Source of the DNA: Malacoraja senta
Taxonomy: Eukaryota
Direction: 5' to 3'
Length of the DNA: 64,000 nucleotides
NCBI GenBank assembly: GCA_038087875.1
Contig: JAXLNO010000438.1
Location: forward strand, 558,001 to 622,000
Shown here: one piece after another, positions 63,441 through 64,000 of the stretch
How the letters are laid out: every line of letters begins with the position of its first letter
Numbering within the stretch: the first letter of the stretch is position 1
The notes under the pieces: model-generated
Told to the model about the DNA's origin: nothing
Database searches by the model: none
Seen by the model: only the letters and a program-made list of their open reading frames with translations
Translations under genes and position numbers: made by a program

Positions 63441-63538
63441 AGTCTGAAGAAGGGTCTCGACCCGAAATGTCACCCATTCCTTCTCTCCAGAGATGCTGCC
63501 TGTCTTGCTGAGTTACTCCAGCATTTAGTGTCTATCTA
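63441..63538 (+). mobile_element. Penelope terminal-repeat insertion with hammerhead motif
   Basis: AGT-CTGAAGA-A-GGGTCTCGACCC-GAAA-TGTC-ACC plus family body. Confidence 0.8.
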
Positions 63539-63674
63539 CAATAATAATACTTTGAAATAGGTCAATTTTGGAGAATGTTTATTTTTTTTCGTTTATATTT
63601 TAATTATCTTTAAGAATGTTCTTTGAAATCGTATTTAATAGTTTGGCAATGCAGTACTGCAATTTTCTAACTAG

Positions 63675-63992
63675 AGGTGGCACAGTGATGCAGCAGTAGA
63701 GTTGCTGTCTCACTGCCAGAGACTCGGGGTCAATCCTGACTCTGGCTGCTGTCTGTGCAAAGTTTGTAAGTCCTCCCTGTGACTGCATGGGTTTTCCCCG
63801 GGAGCTCCGTTTTCCTCCCACATTCCAAAGATGTGCAGGTTTGTAGGATTATTGGCTTCTGTAAATTGCCCCTAGTGTGTAGGATGCAAAAGTGGGATAA
63901 TATAGAACTAGTGTACGGGTGATCGCTGGCCAGCGTGAATTCGGTGGGCCTAAGGGCCTTTTTCCACTCAGTTTCTCTAAACTAAACTAACT
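63675..63992 (+). mobile_element. full-length tRNA-derived V-SINE/HE1-like SINE
   Basis: GGTGGCACAGTG..GCAG head, GGGTCAATCC B-box-like, V-domain-like core, CR1-like 3' part GGTGGGCCTAAGGGCC and (CTAAA)n tail. Confidence 0.88.
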
Positions 63993-64000
63993 ACAATGCC

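Overview
This is eukaryotic, AT-rich, repeat-dense DNA. The repeat mix (CR1, L1, Rex1/L2 LINEs, Penelope-like elements, V-SINE/HE1-like SINEs, DIRS) points to a vertebrate, most likely a cartilaginous fish (inference). There is no prokaryotic-type gene content. Main contents: (1) a full-length but decayed CR1 LINE (~32590-37771) with a 90-bp monomer array and a MITE inserted in its ORF1 start codon, plus several truncated CR1 copies; (2) three 5'-truncated L1 copies; (3) Penelope (GIY-YIG) fragments and about 18 short Penelope-terminal-repeat insertions, many carrying a minimal hammerhead ribozyme motif, often head-to-head with 8-16 bp target-site duplications; (4) a DIRS1-type tyrosine-recombinase retrotransposon (57392-62127) with wrecked ORFs but perfectly complementary ITR/ICR termini; (5) a diverged ~600-bp inverted duplication (10504-11110 / 14142-14870); (6) four candidate + strand exons of an unidentified host gene. 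Boundaries of old, decayed repeats are approximate.
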